Source: a virus (taxonomy: Duplodnaviria; Heunggongvirae; Uroviricota; Caudoviricetes). From it: a stretch of 47,964 nt of DNA. The DNA lies in IMG/VR virus record IMGVR_UViG_645951848_000002; one strand, written 5' to 3'. The translations under genes were made by a program, and so were the position numbers. Numbering within the stretch: the first letter of the stretch is position 1; the number at the start of each line of letters is the position of its first letter. Of the stretch, positions 46,094-47,964 are shown in pieces. Under the pieces are notes generated by a model that was given only the letters and a program-made list of their open reading frames with translations, was not told the origin of the DNA and searched no databases.

Positions 46094-46643
46094 AGCAATT
46101 TTCCTCCAATCCTATTAATTTTAATGTTTTTTTTATTTTTTCTTTATCTGTATAATCTGGTGATTCTACAATAAATATTTTATCAAAATTTATATTATAT
46201 AAATTTAATTTATATGGATTATATTGGTTATAATAATTAAAGAAAAATTTAAATCCGTATTTTAAAATATCTTTATGTAAACTAGAATTATTATTTAAAA
46301 AGCAATAATATTCTTTTAATAATTTTTTTTTATACAAATAATAAACCCAACAACTTTCTAAAAATTCATTACTAATTTTTTCATTCATTAATATACATTT
46401 TTTTATTTCATTTTTAATTTCATTTTCATAAAAGACATCATGATGATGATCAAAGTTATATATATAAACTGGTTCTTTTATATAATTAACTATTTCTCCA
46501 TGAGTTTTCAAAAAAACAATATCTTTATTTTTTATTAAATTATTAATTATATTAAATTTTAATGGTTCAATAATTTCGAAATCATTTTCTTTTTTTGATA
46601 AATTTTCTGTTAAAAAATCTAAATCAATACTTAAAACGTTCAT
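46068..46643 (-). CDS. UPF0489 / arginase-deacetylase fold metallohydrolase (putative)
   Basis: VLSIDLDF, H, NFDHHHD and SPDY metal-binding motifs. Confidence 0.65.
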   Translation of the reverse strand: MNVLSIDLDFLTENLSKKENDFEIIEPLKFNIINNLIKNKDIVFLKTHGEIVNYIKEPVYIYNFDHHHDVFYENEIKNEIKKCILMNEKISNEFLESCWVYYLYKKKLLKEYYCFLNNNSSLHKDILKYGFKFFFNYYNQYNPYKLNLYNINFDKIFIVESPDYTDKEKIKKTLKLIGLEENCFETNRNTY

Positions 46644-46683
46644 TTTTCTCCTCTCTTTTATCCTACGCCAGCGAAATTTATAT

Positions 46684-46755
46684 TTAATCTCTATTAGTTA
46701 CCATATCTGAAAATTCATCTTCAGACATATATTCTAAAATATCGTATTCGTTCAT
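46684..46755 (-). CDS. 23-aa acidic peptide heading the operon (not in the ORF track)
   Basis: MNEYDILEYMSEDEFSDMVTNRD; AGAGGTG RBS. Confidence 0.4.
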   Translation of the reverse strand: MNEYDILEYMSEDEFSDMVTNRD

Positions 46756-46842
46756 TTTACACCTCTTTTTGCAACAATTTGCTTTTATTTTTTTTGTATG
46801 ATAATGTTTTTTTGCAAACATAATTACGGAGGTACAATATGA

Positions 46843-47514
46843 ATGTCTATTGAAAATATAATTGAAAAATTTGATGGATTAGCAACTGTTACTGTTGGAG
46901 TTCTTGTTACTAAAATGTTAATTGAATATTTCAAGAAAAAACTTAATCATGAAGCTGATAAAGAAGACAATATAAATGCTATTCTTACTAAACAATTAGA
47001 AACTCTAGTTGAAAATTCTGTAAATTATAAAAATGATATAAATGATTTAAAAAGATTAATTTTGAACAAATCCAATATGTCAATCCCAGATTTTTCTATT
47101 TATTTAAAAAATTTAAATGAATATATTTTTTATAAGTTAACTTTTGAATTTTATGATATTATTGAAAAAAACAATATCGTTGAAAATAACTTAGAAGTTA
47201 CAATTCAAAAAGTAAATAATATAATAGAAAAAGTTTTTTCATCAGCTTCTTATGAAATGTATTCTTTAAGTTTTGATAGAACTGTAATAGAAGATTTAAT
47301 TAAAATTCTTAGAGGTGAACAAAGAGCTTTAAAAGAAAAAATAGAAACTATAATAACAAAATATGTACAGAACAAAAATAACAATTTGACTCATGAAGAA
47401 ATCTCTAATGACGCTAAAAAAAATATTAAAGAATTACTTACTTTTACTTCGATTGATTTATCCACTAATATATATAATGTATTAAATGGATTAAATATTT
47501 ATGAAGCTAGATAA
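46843..47514 (+). CDS. Hypothetical protein with an N-terminal hydrophobic anchor
   Basis: GGAGG RBS; LATVTVGVLVTKMLI segment then helical sequence. Confidence 0.6.
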   Translation: MSIENIIEKFDGLATVTVGVLVTKMLIEYFKKKLNHEADKEDNINAILTKQLETLVENSVNYKNDINDLKRLILNKSNMSIPDFSIYLKNLNEYIFYKLTFEFYDIIEKNNIVENNLEVTIQKVNNIIEKVFSSASYEMYSLSFDRTVIEDLIKILRGEQRALKEKIETIITKYVQNKNNNLTHEEISNDAKKNIKELLTFTSIDLSTNIYNVLNGLNIYEAR

Positions 47515-47964
47515 TTCTTTCAGAACATCATCTTTTATTTGAGATGGTGTTTTTTGATTTGTATTTATTATATGTATTTTGTTATTTATTTCTGGTTGCT
47601 TTACCATTAAATATTCTAATGATAAATGTTTATCTTTAGGCACTTTAATTTCTTTATTTCTATTTTTATATCTTCTTTCTCTTTCTATTTCACTTAATTG
47701 TAAATAAACTACTCTAATATCCATATCTTTTCTTTTATTCAATTTAATAAAAGCATCTATATCTATTACAAAAAGATTTATTTTGTCTTTATCAAATAAA
47801 GTTTTATCTACCCAAGAGCAATATCCTTTTTGTTCATTTATATATTCAACTAATATTTCTTCTTTTGTTTCATTTCTAAATTTTTCAGAAACAAACGTGT
47901 GAGTTTTTATATCTTCTGGATCATTTTTTCTAACTTCTCTTGTTGTATAACTTTTAATAAAATG
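47491..47964 (-). CDS. Guanylate kinase-like protein, 5' part outside the window
   Basis: Frame open to the window end: SYTTREVRKND...THTFVS resembles the Gmk SxTTRxPR...xYxFVS motif. Confidence 0.65.
   Translation of the reverse strand, partial: HFIKSYTTREVRKNDPEDIKTHTFVSEKFRNETKEEILVEYINEQKGYCSWVDKTLFDKDKINLFVIDIDAFIKLNKRKDMDIRVVYLQLSEIERERRYKNRNKEIKVPKDKHLSLEYLMVKQPEINNKIHIINTNQKTPSQIKDDVLKELSSFINI

Larger units (their letters stand above)
42956..47964. mobile_element. Left end of a second integrative element (continues beyond the window)
   Basis: Paralogous integrase pointing at the same core, TTAGCAACAA tandem sites (about 43050-43070), Xis-like gene, lower GC by eye. Confidence 0.7.

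Overview
AT-rich bacterial DNA, probably Fusobacterium (inferred from low GC judged by eye and from recalled protein families; not verified). Most of the window is an apparently complete 41,860-bp temperate prophage with a contractile tail, bounded by a 59-bp direct repeat (1037-1095 / 42897-42955, one mismatch). Reading right to left on the minus strand it carries: lysogeny (integrase, ImmA/IrrE protease, CI-like and Cro-like repressors), replication/recombination, two methylation modules, a late activator, a tRNA/tRNA-like cluster, packaging, head, a PBSX/Xkd-type tail with a moron block, tail fibre and lysis genes. A RelB/DinJ-YoeB toxin-antitoxin pair lies left of the prophage. To the right begins a second, more AT-rich integrative element with a paralogous integrase pointing at the same att core and an operon of uncharacterised enzymes. 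The best leads are: (1) terL has an in-frame TGA and two extra codons inside its Walker A loop (CCC CCT CGA CTC TGA TTT GGT AAA), which a ribosomal stop-hop would repair exactly; (2) a textbook -1 frameshift signal in the tail chaperone gene; (3) three GCCA-terminated RNA units (mini-helix, pseudo-tRNA, tRNA-Ser) in the late leader; (4) a MuF-metallopeptidase fusion followed by a tiny ORF; (5) a two-domain beta-clamp homologue; (6) prophage insertion into what looks like an attP-type junction of other elements; (7) a small-peptide/UPF0489/GNAT-like operon in the second element. All functional calls are from motif recognition only; no database searches were run.
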